The notes under the pieces are model-generated. The model saw nothing but the letters and a program-made list of their open reading frames with translations. It was not told where the DNA came from and did no database searches. From positions 1 through 64,000 of the forward strand of contig LVLI01000233.1 in the NCBI GenBank assembly GCA_001687465.1: DNA of 64,000 nt, written 5' to 3'. Position 1 is the stretch's first letter. Every line of letters begins with the position of its first letter. Positions 47,426-60,287 of the stretch are shown here, in pieces. The stretch comes from Halocafeteria seosinensis. Taxonomy: Eukaryota. Made by a program: the position numbers and the translations under genes.

Positions 47426-50400
47426 TTACCTTTCGGGCTGACGTTCACTCTCCATCAAAGAGTTAAACTCGCTTACTAGGCGTTTCCTCTCCTTAGTCAG
47501 TTCTTGATTATTGGGCAGCACCCAGGACAACAATTTTGCAACGTTTCCGAAGGGCCGTTCATACATCGCTATTTCAGTCAAAAGCCGCAGTTCAGCTTTC
47601 GACAAACGTTTCATATCACCGTGAGCAAGACGTATATCCTCATCGGTGTCACTTTCCCCGTGGGGTACCGCTCCAAAGAGTTTTAGCAAATTTGTGCTTA
47701 AGGGAAGCTGAAGTCGAAGAGCAGTTTCACAGCCACCGAAACTATAAAGGGTAACCTTCATAGATACCTCGAGATGATAAAGTGCTTCACCTATCTCAAT
47801 GAACTTTTCCTGACTGATTGAGGGATTTAAAGTTTTCGCCTTCGCGAGAGCCCATGCGCTGTTGCGGCATTCGTTTAGCTGTTCCAAAACTGCTTGACAA
47901 ATGACCATGTTGCCGCTCTTTACGGTGGGTAATGCGGTGCTTCCTTTAGACGCGGGTTTTGGAATGCTAGATTGGCCGAAGTTCTGCAAAGATTGAGTCG
48001 CGGTGGTGACAGATCTCTGTTCTTGAAATTTCCTGAAGAATAGCTGCATGAACAGCGGGCGCTCTTTTCCAACATGAGTTAGGAACGAAAGAAACCGAGG
48101 AAAAGGAAGTGAAAATCCTGGCCCAAGCCTCACATGGTGCGGCGGTGTCGTTATTTCAGGACTCAGCGATACAGCAAAATTTGCTGCGTACTGTAAGATG
48201 CGTATATCCTCCTCCATTTGATGTATTAGCGGCGTACTTTGAGATGGCGAAGCAAGCTTGCGACAAGCGTCTAACTGCTCCTGGAATTGGCTCGAATGTT
48301 CTGCATATAATTTTGACATTTTGGAAATCAGATTGACGCTTTCCTCCCAGATACGCCTAAAATGCGTTTCTTTGGTGTCCCCTTCCTTACGTTCTTGTGC
48401 AGAAGCGCCGTTTCTGGCCTTCATACTGTGCAACAGTTTTGCCACCGACTTTATACCTTTCCACCGCGTAGGCATTATCGGCAACCTATGTAGAGCATCT
48501 AAGGTGTGGAGCTTCATAGCGTTCCTAAATTGAGACCTCCTATTTTGCTGAATCCTGGCGTGAACGGTGTCCCCAACGTTCCCGTCGGTACCCTGCTGCT
48601 CCCTCGTAAAATTATCCGTAGAGTGCGGTGAATAAATCAGTTTAGTCAACGCCTGATCGGACGAATACTCGAAGATGCAATCCCTCATGAAGTGAAGCAA
48701 TGAGCGAATCTCGCGAGGAGATAGGATCCCTTTGCGTTCTGTGTCGAATGATCTGAATATTTCCCATGCTGTAGTAGCAGCATGAGTAGATATCAATTGT
48801 TGTGTCTGCTTGGAGAGAACACTTCCTCCCCGTTCAGTTACGACGGCAGTAAGGAAGTTGCTGTTCGCCCATTGTCTTGCCTCGGTCTGTAGAATTCGTG
48901 GTACCGATGGCTTCTTTACATGAGGTAAAGGAGAGAATGTAACAGGGGTGGTACCTGACCACACCGGTGATACGAAAATTTCTGGCCGCTCATTCTCCGT
49001 GCTCTCCTCTCCAGGCTCTTTTATTTCTGTTAAGTCCAAATTGCCAGTGCTCGCATCGTCGATATAATTTCTGCGTGGCATCGTGTGTATCTCTTTAGCC
49101 ATATGGGCATAGTTCATTGTTGAAACCGTTTCGTCAATATCAAGGTCACAAGGCGAAACATTCAGTGCCATGACGCTGAGACAGTTCCCACATAGTGAAG
49201 ACCGAAGCACTCTGGTTAACTTTGAATCTCTATACGGCACGTAATCGGATCCTTCTACTAATGCTTTGATAACCCTTCCTAACGATAGTAGCCCCCTGTT
49301 TATCTTAGTAGCTTCTGCCTGCCGTTCTTTATCTGCTCCCGCCCTGGTCATGTTTTCTGACCCTGATAAATCCGCCAGATTTATCACACTATTGATCCTC
49401 GATTCACGATCCCTTAGTCTGGCTGAAATTTGCACACTGAATACAGAATGAGATCGGCTTGATACTGTATTCATCAGAGTTTCACGCGTTTGTCTTCGGC
49501 TGACCGCAAATTCCAATGCGTCAAAGACCTCCTCTGGGTCCTCTATCTTGACTTCCGTCAATCCCGAAACTGGCAAGCCTGATACTTTTTCCTCGCTAAA
49601 TCGAAGTTTCTTATCTGGTTTCGTGCAGGCCAATTGCGGTATCGGAATCCGTCGACTCGCTCCAGAAGGAGCACTATCCGGTCGGATGCGAGTCCTATAA
49701 TCAGGGGTTACTGTCGATGTTCGAGATATGGAATTCCATCTGCGAAAACTGTTTGCCTGTTGTCTTCGAGAGTGGGCAAGCGTGGACCCATGGACTGATG
49801 ATGATGGACTCTGTTGCGAAATGTCTGTAGCCGACCGAAGAGAGCTAACTGAGCTCCTTCGATTCCCACCGACATGGCTATTCCTATCGCGGATCTCGCT
49901 CCTCCATGCTTCGTATCCTTGCAGAAGATCACTCAATTGCTCTTTATAGATCTCTAAATGGGATATAATTACAGAAAACTCAGAAGACTTTCGTCGAAGG
50001 GCTTTAAATACTGTAAAGATAGTTCGCGGAATCACACCACATCCGTGAAGTAGCTGTCTTCGCTTGTGTGATCTCTCTGGTAAAGTGCCTTCCAACGTAT
50101 GCGTTTTACCGCTTCCAGTCTGCAAATACTACTCATAAACAGAAAGTCCAGGTGAGTAACTAAGTTGTTGTCAGCAGTTGTCAATCGGTTCCTCACCTGT
50201 CCATACGCAAGAATACAGCTGTTATATCCATCGCAAGATTTCAGCACTAAGGGCTTTGCCATGGAGGTGTACACATCTTTTTGGTTTGACTTGGGTCCAA
50301 AGACGGAGTGAAACTTGTAGCTCTTCGGGTAGACGTACGGCGCATATTGGGCTACATCCACCTGTGATCACGAATATGCCTCCCCATGCAACGCGCTGTT

Positions 50401-52597
50401 TCTACAGTTAAGGGTTTACTCGAACGCACCTCATGGTCTCTACAATCAATAATTGGACGCCCTCCACGAACGAGCTCGTTCTCCAACATTGGGCGGCACC
50501 GTAGGATAACCTGCAGAGACGGCCACGTCAGTAGTTGTGTGTAGTTTGCCGCATGCCCGAAATATTTACCTTGATGTTTTCGTGCCTTCTATGACCTTGG
50601 CCAGTTTCTTCTTTCATTAATTTGGAGAATTCATCATGGTTCCATGAAATACTTTGTTCTTCTTCGCTTTCACTTGAAAGCCGCTCAGCATCTACAACAT
50701 TTTCTGGATAAGTCCTGGGCGATAGTTGAAGCGTTGGGCGGTAGTCTTGGCGTTCGCCCTTCTGGTCACTTTTAGCTGATGCTTTTTTTCTGCACTGTTT
50801 GCGAAATTTATGAAGTTTGTTGTATAGCACTATTCTAGTATCCTTCCGTTTAGAACAGCGGAGGCAGTACACGTAGTCGATATCTTTAAGAGCGAATGAC
50901 CGTATCCCGCATGCTGACAACCGTTTCACTTCGAGTTCATTCAGGCTACTATCCAGAGGACCAGTTATCGATTCCGAGAGAAGGAACTGGTAGAGCCCTC
51001 CTCGTTCGTTACCATGGAAATTTTGTGGACAAGCCATATAAGTAGCAATGCGTCCTCGGTTATCACACAAGGTGTCCAGCTTTGAAAAATACGGAAGATT
51101 TCTGATAGTTTTCACTACCTGAAGAAGGCCTCCTGAACCCTTCGAAAGATCAGTTGAGCGACTACTACAAAACATCAGTGCATACTCCCTTTTTCCCATC
51201 TCAGGATAACTCAATTCGACAAAGAGGCAAAACAAGCAACGATTGGTGAAATATTCATAGTTGAGCACTGTCCACTGTTCGCCCTTTCCGAAACCCTCCA
51301 ACCAATATTTCTGCTGCCTGTATTTAGAATCAATCCATCTGCTGTTCGAGTTCGAGTGATTCAGTGTGCCGAGGCTGTCCTGAATTTCAAATGAATGTAA
51401 GGAGAAACCGCAATTAAAGTCCTTTGAGACGTCGTTGCACAGAACGTAAACAGAGTTCGCTATTGTCTTCAAACATCGACAATTCAGCATACCATCGAGA
51501 AGGACTCTTTGCTCCACTGAGTGTGTTCCGGCGATGATATCCCCATTCACATTAACTAGAGTTAGCTCACCATATGGACTATTTTTGTTTCTCGAAACCA
51601 CTGCAATGCTTGTTGACCGAGGTAGTACTTTTATTCCCGACGGATAAGGTATTGAAGCCGAGATTACTCTTGTCTCTTTAGTTCTCAAGTCCAAATATCC
51701 GAGGATACCTTCACTCTCGATGCAGTAGTACAAACCGTACTTAGAAAAGGGAGACGGCTCGATGTCAGTGATGGAAGAGAAGTCCGACATAGTCGTAGGT
51801 TGCGAACCAAATTTCTCAGTTTCTGCTGTTACAGCCGCGTCCGTGGATTGCGGGATAGGAGATTCAGAGGAGGCCGCCCTCAGAAACTTCGTCAGGCACC
51901 TAGCAAGAAGATGCCACTGAAGTAATGGAGCTGATGAATGGTCGATCGAATCTATTTCAAAAAGCTGGATTGAGACTTCGAAAGATCTCGTAAAGGCCAA
52001 CAACACAAGTAGTCTCCAAAAGGATACACTGTCCCAAACCAAGTTGAGGTGGTGTGTGTCGGACCAAGTCATCGCGCTAAGGATCTCCGGTAAAGATCCC
52101 GGGTATGGCTGCTCTAGAATTGAAGAGTTGTCTACTTCATTCTTTCGTTTTTTCTGCGCGTTTTTGGTTCTTTTCTTGATATCTTCGCTGGGGGGCTCTT
52201 CCTCTTCCAGACTTTTCAAATCTAGTGATAGCTGGTTCCAGGCATTTTGAACAGCTTCCAAAGGAATTCCGTGGACCAAAAACAAGTAGGAACTGGTTTG
52301 TTGTTCGTTCACCATCTGGTCGGGGGCAAGCCCCACCAGATTCTGAAGTTGCTCTTGTTTCCACTCGCTCCATGTCTGCTCTGGCAGATTAATTAAGCAG
52401 TCCGATGAAATTTCCAAACTCGTCTGATACTCCGCCAATCCTTCAGTCCCATAGAAAAATGAATCAAATTTAAAACTTCGTGTCGTTTCCTCCAATGGCG
52501 CCTCTGCTTCCTGTTGATCGCTTTCTCCCTGAGACAGCCTTTCAGTCTCACGCCCTGGCTCCTTTTCAGCCGGAGCTTTTGGCTTCTTCTTGGGCAT
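47426..52597 (-). CDS. Large kinesin with an internal motor domain (exons ~52597-50570, 50510-50430, ~50361-50197, ~50119-47426)
   Basis: The spliced junction ENIK|VILRCRP (intron 50569-50511) links ORF 50528-52597 to the motor. Motor motifs are FHSVFGP, GYNSCILAYGQ|TGSGKTHT, SSRSHSVF, LADLSGSE, INRGLLSLGRVI and VPYRDSKLTRVL. Confidence 0.85.
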
Positions 52598-53436
52598 TGT
52601 GGTTGTGGTAGAGTCTGCTGGATCTCAAAGCTCCTATCGAAGATGATGTACAATAATGCCCACAAGGCACTCTAGAAACAACGTGCCACAAGGTGGCCAT
52701 AACTTCAATTGGTCGCGAAGAAGTCTTAACGGCTTCTTGATCGGAATTTCTTCGACCGTCACAAACGTAGGCCTTAAATCATTTAAGTTAAATGGCGTCC
52801 GGAACAAGTACATGGTAACTATAACGATACGACATCCCTAACACATAGTGTGCACTGTAAACCTTCTTACGTCGTGCAGGTCCACCAGCATATATTTCTG
52901 TATATTGGTTTATAACGCTGAAAGTTTCAATGAATCAACACATTCTAGAGTGCGTAATAGTGGTACTGGTTGTAGTAATCGTATCGTAGCCTCGATCGTT
53001 TAGGGACTCTACCTTCCATCAATTTTATCACGACGTGATGATCACGGGCATATCCAGGAGGATGGAATTTCGCACTATCTCTTTCGAATTTCCTTGTGGT
53101 CATGCCGCTAGAAACGTATGCATACCCAGACCACAGTAAGTAGGCTTGTTCAAAGAGCAGTCGGCAACCTAGGGAGGAATGAAAACGATTCTATCCACAT
53201 TACTGCCAAACTCACCGAAATCATCGAATGATTCAGCCAATGGAGGCATTGAATGGCAGTCACTTCTGACTTACGTACTCTTGTATCATCTTCCAGCTGG
53301 CTCGCTGGCGAGTCGCTGCTACTCGCCATAGCTCTCATGCAGCCCTATATTCGAAGCGGTGAAGTACGCGAAATGTACTTATACCTTGTCTTAAGACAAG
53401 TTTTGTTGCACCTATAGTTTCAAGTTTCAGCAGCTC

Positions 53437-54225
53437 CTACTCGGTTCCTTCGATTAATTCAGGAGCTAGTCGACGCACCTGAGCCTTCTGAGGCCGGCAC
53501 AGGGAACACTTGGTCCATCTTCTGTACGAGAGCGAGTACATCACGTAAGCGATAGCAGTCTCCGCAGTAACTCCATATAGTGCGATTAGAAGCAAGCTTG
53601 TGATCGTACCAGTCCTCCCATGTCCTCCCCAGCAATGTATATAGAAGCGTTCATGGTAGTCTCCTTTCCGTCTGCGCTCGAACGCCACATTTATACGTTC
53701 CACCAGGTGTTGTATAAAACCTAATACATCGTTGTCCTCTGCAGTTCTAGTGTCTTGTATCTGGAAGACTAATTGGGTTAATCCATGTCTTTCAAGTGTG
53801 TATGGCCCTCCGTAAGACGCCGAAGAGAAGTGGTGGTATTTCGCTCTTGGTCCCATCTCACTCTCGGTTTGGTAAAGCCTTGATGCATCGTAAATTTCTT
53901 TCCTCGGCGGCAGGTTTCTCTCCGACCACTGGTGTTGACGATTCGCTTCCGTTGACAATTCAGCTGCTATATGCATGTAGGGGATGAAGCGATGCTCCAA
54001 TTCATCTCGCGGCTGAAGACATACAAACGTGGTAACGCCAGCGTCCTTCACTACACCTTCAATGGTCTTTCTGTGCCGTTCTGGACCAAATGCACTTCCG
54101 GGGTAAGCTCCTACGAGTAAGATTCCAGGGATTATCCAATTGGATGTGTCTGTGGGACCTGGAAATACCTTGCCATGATTCACGACTTCACGGGGCGAGA
54201 GTATCCTCTCCACTAGGTCCTCCAT
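53437..54225 (-). CDS. Cys-dependent (PTP/dual-specificity-like) phosphatase
   Basis: SNWIIPGILLVGAYP and the CX5R motif YIHCWGGHGRTG. Confidence 0.85.
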   Translation of the reverse strand: MEDLVERILSPREVVNHGKVFPGPTDTSNWIIPGILLVGAYPGSAFGPERHRKTIEGVVKDAGVTTFVCLQPRDELEHRFIPYMHIAAELSTEANRQHQWSERNLPPRKEIYDASRLYQTESEMGPRAKYHHFSSASYGGPYTLERHGLTQLVFQIQDTRTAEDNDVLGFIQHLVERINVAFERRRKGDYHERFYIHCWGGHGRTGTITSLLLIALYGVTAETAIAYVMYSLSYRRWTKCSLCRPQKAQVRRLAPELIEGTE

Positions 54226-54702
54226 ATAATATCACTAACTCCTCTATTTTAATACGGGGGCGATTTTTCATGGTACAAGGGTACTTAACAACGCAAATAA
54301 ACCTTTGACAAGTCTCCGAATAAACAGCACTTCTGGTACTGTTGTACTAAAAAACTGGTGATTCCCGGTTGAACTGCGTCACGATTATCGACTGTACTTC
54401 AACCGTACAAACTTTTCGCGCACTTTTCCGCGGCGGCGAATAAATACCGTAGTTGCGCCTACGTAGCTACCATAGCAGCGTTTGTAGAGCAGTTATATGA
54501 CACGTGAACGTACCATAGGATAGATATCTGTGTTATTGATCTTCTTTCGTAAGATGGGGAGGGTGTGTCTGTAGAGCCAAGGAGAAGTAACCGGAAAGGT
54601 TTTGCTTTCGACCTCATGCTCGATTGCACAGCTGGCGTTAATTCCATTCAGTATCTTATCGACCGTGCATATTACGTCTAGCTTCCAGCAAAACGAAGGA
54701 AA

Positions 54703-57700
54703 ATGATGGGACTGAAGAATGAGGTGGCCGGGGACCTGAGTCGACGAGCTATGAACAACGCAAACAACTTTACTAAGGGGCCCGCGGCTCCGACAACTGA
54801 AACGAATGGTGCAGCAGCATCAGGCGGCAGGAGCGAATTACGGGAGAGCAGTGGAAATGGTGCCAGAGATAGTCCTTCTACGGGAGGTGCGCCGTCACCC
54901 CACCCGTCTGTCAACGGTGGGGAGGGAAATAACAGCAGCAGCATTAGTGGCATCGCCACGGGAACAGGAGGGAGAAACTCGGGAGGTGCTAGAAGAAGGA
55001 TCTTCACAGTCTCTGGATCATTGATTTTTCGAGCAGATTTTGACGGGGGCAATCTCGGTGGAGCCAGGTTGCACACTTCGCCGAGATCCCCTAGTGATGC
55101 CCCTCTGTATGAATTATCAGTAGCCCCTGACTGTCAGGGGACGAAATATGAAGCCCCGTACAAGCTTTGGTATCATTTTTGCGTGCAAGGGGGCCAACCG
55201 GGAAAAACTATAAGGATGAGGATAGTTGATTTGCATCCTATTTGCAAAGTTTATAATCGTGACATGCGGCCGCTTGTTCGGATTGTCCAGCATAGCCCTA
55301 CCTGGGAGAGGTAAGTACTGCATCGGTTTGGTGTGTCCGATGTTTGTGTAGTGATTGTGTGCTGCCCCAATGCAGATTAGAGCAACCATGCGACACATTA
55401 TTTGACAGTACGGGCGCTTTGCAACTTACATTCACCTACACGTTCTTGAGCACCTTAGACGTACATTTCGCGTTCTACTATCCCTTTGCATACTCGGATT
55501 GCCAGCGACTATTAAAGAACATTGACGGTGCACTTGGGGTGCGTCCGACAGTACAATCAGTAAGTTCCCCAGACTCGCCGCTTATCGGGGGATCTACAGC
55601 TCCAGTGGAACCAGACAAGTCTGTTGGTATAGACACACCGCTTGGCCAAGAAAGCGAAGGCTCTTATGGATCCGGGAAAAAGACTACTGCGGGTGGTATT
55701 CCTGTCCCACCACATCAAGTGTATTATCACCGGGAATTGCTCACGTGGTCCCCAGAAGGTCGAAGAGTAGAGTTGCTTACCATATCTTCGTTTGATGGTA
55801 TTCAATCCGTAAGGGAACCCAAGGTTGAAGGTCTCTTTCCGACAGAAGAGCCACGGCCATTCAGGTTTTATGGGAAACCTGTAAGTATTATGATGGAAGT
55901 CCGCTCAGGATCATCGCTGACTTTAGGTTGCTTGTGCTCCTTCAGGGTATATTTATTGGTGCTCGAGTCCATCCAGGAGAAACTGCGGCGAGTTATATGC
56001 TGCATGGGTTGCTTGCTTTCCTGCTTCAACCGAAAAATCCTTATGCAAAGGCATTGAGGAAACGTTTCGTCGTGAAAGTCGTCCCCATGATCAACCCGGA
56101 TGGCGTCTCGCTGGGTCATTTTCGCCTTGATAAATATGGGGTTAATTTGAATAGGTAAGGTGTATCATGGTTGTTATTTGTGGTTCATGTCAGGGACTGT
56201 ATAATGTGTGTTTACTGCAGAGCATATGGTGATCCGACGGCCTCCAAGCAACCGTCAATCAAGGCCATCAAAGAAATTTTGCATCAAATGAAGACATTAC
56301 TGGATCCTGCTTCCCGATGTTTCCCGCAATACGCTCCAGCAGATTTGTCTTGTGGTGGTATTTCGGGAAAAGATATGCAAAGGGACTCGGGGTTGTTCTT
56401 CTGTCTTGACTTGCACGGGTTTACTGCGCGACAGGGCTGCTATTTGCTAGGGAATGCGCTTTCTTCTGCTAAGACTGCCGAGAGCTTAGCGTTTGCAAAC
56501 GTGATGCAGTTGTACTCTCCGCAATTTAATGCATCAGCGTGCTCTTTTGGTAGAGGCAAGAAAAATGGGTTTAACTTAAAGTACGACGACTCGGCCCTCA
56601 AGGAAGCATCCTCTCTTCCTCCAGTCAATGCGAATTCGCAGGAAAATAGCCAGCATCGCATAACTGATCTTGCTTTGATACCTTTACCTTCTGAGGTGCA
56701 TAAATTGGGCGCGATACCTCCCTATAGTAGTTCGGCGGAAAGCAACGTTATTGTTCCTGATCCCGGTTGGCCTGCAAGAATTGCTGGACTTGTAGATCCC
56801 TACGTTGTTGAAACTCCGATAGTCCACAACACGAAGAGGAGGATGTCATGCCTGGGGCGTTTGCGCGATGGGGACGCAGCCAAGATAAATAAGTAAGTAG
56901 TCTGCTGCGATGCTAGTTTGTTTACCGCCGTTCATTTTAAAGCTACTCGTACAGAGATTGGGCGTCGCTAAAGTCGAGGACAACGAATCGAACTGAAGGA
57001 AACAAAGATGGTGCTGGAAGAGTGTGCATCTATCGTGAATACAATGTCCCTCACTGCTATACTATCGAATGTAGTTGCAATCTCCTCCAGCACGCTCAAG
57101 TCTTCAGCAGGCTCTATGCTGCTCCGCACGCACATCGTGAATACTTGAAGGAATTACGCTCTGTGGCGTCAGGGAGGACCGAGTCTACGAAGTCAGACAG
57201 CATGCGCATTCCTAATCGCTTCGACAGATTTACACGGAACCGACTGAACCAGAGTGAGGATGCCCTTTCCACAGCAAGCGATATGCCAGAACAGTTCCAG
57301 CGCCCGTGTACATTGGTACAGTGCCAGAATGCGCATTCGAAACTACATTCCCAAAGATATTCCCAGATGGGCACAGGCCAATGCGGAAATTTCCTGTTTT
57401 CGAAGAAAGCTGATGAAAAGGAGTCACCTCGATCGGATACAAAAGCGTCTCCCCGAGGGAAGAATATTCGATGTAGACTACAGAATCCTTATATGTGTCA
57501 AGTAGACTCGCTCCAACCTCCACGGAGGTCGAAGGCTTTCCTGCCACCTTTTGGATTTCCAGATATGCCCACGAACTCAAGGGATAAGATGTTTCACTAC
57601 TCGTCCGATTATTCGAAATACGTTACGAGCACATTTCACTGTCCATGGGGTACTTGTCCGTTCGATCCTCCGGCCGTTTTTGCCGGAGTAGGACGAGCTG

Positions 57701-57981
57701 TCGTCTTCGCAATAGTGGAGTTAAGTGGTGGACCCGAATCGGGGCACTCCTCGAGACTTCACAACTCGGTTTGGAGGGATCTCTCTAATTTAAGGAGCTG
57801 GGCTCAAAGGTGCACAACAGCAATGGACTCAGGCACTGACGAGATACCGCCGGCTTCGTTTGGTCAACGGAAAACGTATGCCTCGTTGTTCGGGGATAGT
57901 CGAGATGAGAATGGTAAGAGCTCCGATAGGCTACCGAACCTTGAAGATACGGAAGATGCTTCTTCCGACACCACCCAGTGA
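54703..57981 (+). CDS. Cytosolic carboxypeptidase (M14D, CCP/AGBL family, CCP5-like tubulin deglutamylase), multi-exon
   Basis: FRADFDGGNL, WYHFCV, FAFYYPFAY, SPEGRRVELLTIS, ARVHPGE (Zn-binding HxxE), VPMINPDGV, NLNR, LDLHG and YTIECS. Confidence 0.9.
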
Positions 57982-58470
57982 GCTCGTTTACACTAATTTA
58001 AGCGTTTTACATGCCACCAGTTTGATAGTTTGCCTGGCATTTTATATCGCCAAACAGCAATGTGTACGATCCGGGGGCGCACGAGTTGGTTCAACTTGAA
58101 TCTGGACTTCGCACTTATGGGAGCCTTATTCTGCAGTTACCAGTAGATATTGTTGTGCATTACTCATAGCAAAGACGTTTTCCAATATTTACGAAGCCGC
58201 AAAATATAGGAATCGTTGAATATATGTCTTCTCATCATCGCCACACCTAGCAGACGCAGCCTAGCTGTTGCGCGTTTTCTTGTCAAACCACTTCAGATGA
58301 AAGAGAGTGACCCGTATGCCTCATTCTCGCCGCTTAAGACGAGTGCCTCGAGGCTTCTTCACTGGCATGACGCAGATCAATCGGCATGTAGGCGTACGTG
58401 AATGGTTATCGGATGTGTGTATAATCCTGACATTTAACCCCCGCTTGGTTCGGTTGCAGCTTCCAAGAAT

Positions 58471-60287
58471 GTGTACAGCAACCGATTACCCAACAGAAGG
58501 GTTAACGTTGGCACCATTATGAAGACACATGGAGGAGTAGAGTGCCCACTCAGGACAACAGAGAGAAGTGAATCAAGGCACCGCTGGATGCTGGATCCAG
58601 CATCCAATTTAAACAGTCTCTCGCGTGATGCTTGGGACCAAGACTCCTTGCCAAGCATTAGTGGCGTCTCGGAGGAAGAGAGTTTTGTAAGCGGCTCCAG
58701 CATAAGTAGTCATCCTGAAGAGCAATACAAATCCAGGCAACATATTGAAAACAATCGCTCCGGACCAAACCATGCTTTCAACCAGACACTTTCCTCGACT
58801 TCCACGGCCACCATGCAGCACGCCTTGGCTAATGATAGCTCCAGTTCGTCGCTGCTGGTGAGACCACCCTTGCCGGATGGCGTTGAACTACAGAGAAGTT
58901 CCAGAAAGACTGATGGGCTGACACTCCGCCGAAGGCAAGCAATAGATAGACGCTACAAGAGATTGTCCACTCCCGATGAAGTAACTGCCAAGAGTTCGAT
59001 TGCCAAGAGTCTTGCTTCGTCGTTGAGAGGTCTAGATATCGCCAAGGAGTATGGTCGTTCCTATAAGGTACTTGCGAAGGAATTTCTTGAAAGTGTTTTC
59101 GAGTCTGTAGAGGCACTCCAAGAGGGAGAATCACTACGTAGCACTAAATTTGATGGAGATACCCTAACACGAATTGTCGGCCCTGAGTACTTCCAGAAAC
59201 GACTTACAGGCTTAGCTCCTTCGAAGTACACCAAAATCCAACCGGAGAACCACTCGCCTGAGAAAATAATCGCTCAATGCGGGTACGTGCACTGTTTTGT
59301 TGGATTCCTAAGAGTCATACACTATTGTGTATTACTAGCCTGCAGGCATTTGATTGATGTTACCATTCCTGAACTCGCTCGGAACACCGGTTACGGTCGT
59401 CGTCAATTGTTCCAATTCTTTATTCAGTTTAAAGCCTTAGTTGCCATTTCAGCAACTCCACACGGTATTGGTGAGTCCTATAACGTAATCATCAAGAGCG
59501 GTGACTGTCTGGTAATTTCTGGGTGTGAGTGCAGATAAACTCACGTTTCGCAAAGCCATTCCGTTACTCATGCTGGAAGACAAACTTTTCGCTGATAGAG
59601 TGTTCGAGGCTCTGGATGCAGACGGCTCTGAAATCATCGAGTGGGATGAATTCATAGAAGCAATGTCAAAACTGGAGAAAGGAAGCCGTGAAGAGCGAGC
59701 GGCGTTTCTGTTTTCAGTATATGATCAGGATAGCGGCGGGAGCATTGACACGGAAGAAGTCAAAGAATTTTTCCGTTCCTCGTTACGAGCGTCTTCCACT
59801 GAAGACGACACAACCGAAGAAGTAAGGATTCTTATTAGGATATGATAGTAGCTTGGGCGCAACCATAGTGGTAACCATGCATCGTGGTGCAGTTGACATC
59901 GTATCTTGTGGGACGTGTATTCGATAGTATCACTACTGGAGACGAGATCGAACTCGATGACCTACAACGATACATTAAAGCAAAACAAGTAAGTTGTCGA
60001 TCTGGACCTCAGTACAACAGTACCAAAACGTTGGTTTATGCGCTCAACAGGATGAAGACATCTACGCTGTTTTCGGAAGGAGCATGACCTCCTCGGACAG
60101 ACTGTACGATTTAGCTCTGGAAGCCTCATATAATGCATCCTCTAAACCTCGCTCACAGTGGAAGGTCGATGGTGTCAAGCACAAACTCTCGAAGTTGCAA
60201 AAGCAGCGTCTCGAAAGGCTGTACCGAACAAGAGGTAAAACTTCTCACACTGTAGAACCTCTCAATACTTCCAGCAATTCGTCATGA
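58471..60287 (+). CDS. NCS/calcineurin-B/calaxin-like EF-hand protein with a long N-terminal extension, multi-exon
   Basis: FADRVFEALDADGSEIIEWDEFIEAMSKLEKGSREERAAFLFSVYDQDSGGSIDTEEV, with GT-AG introns. Confidence 0.75.

Noticed and set aside
54411..54438. Tandem TTTTCGCGC/TTTTCCGCG E2F-like sites
   Set aside because: Short motifs expected by chance, and the flanking genes are not obvious cell-cycle targets.
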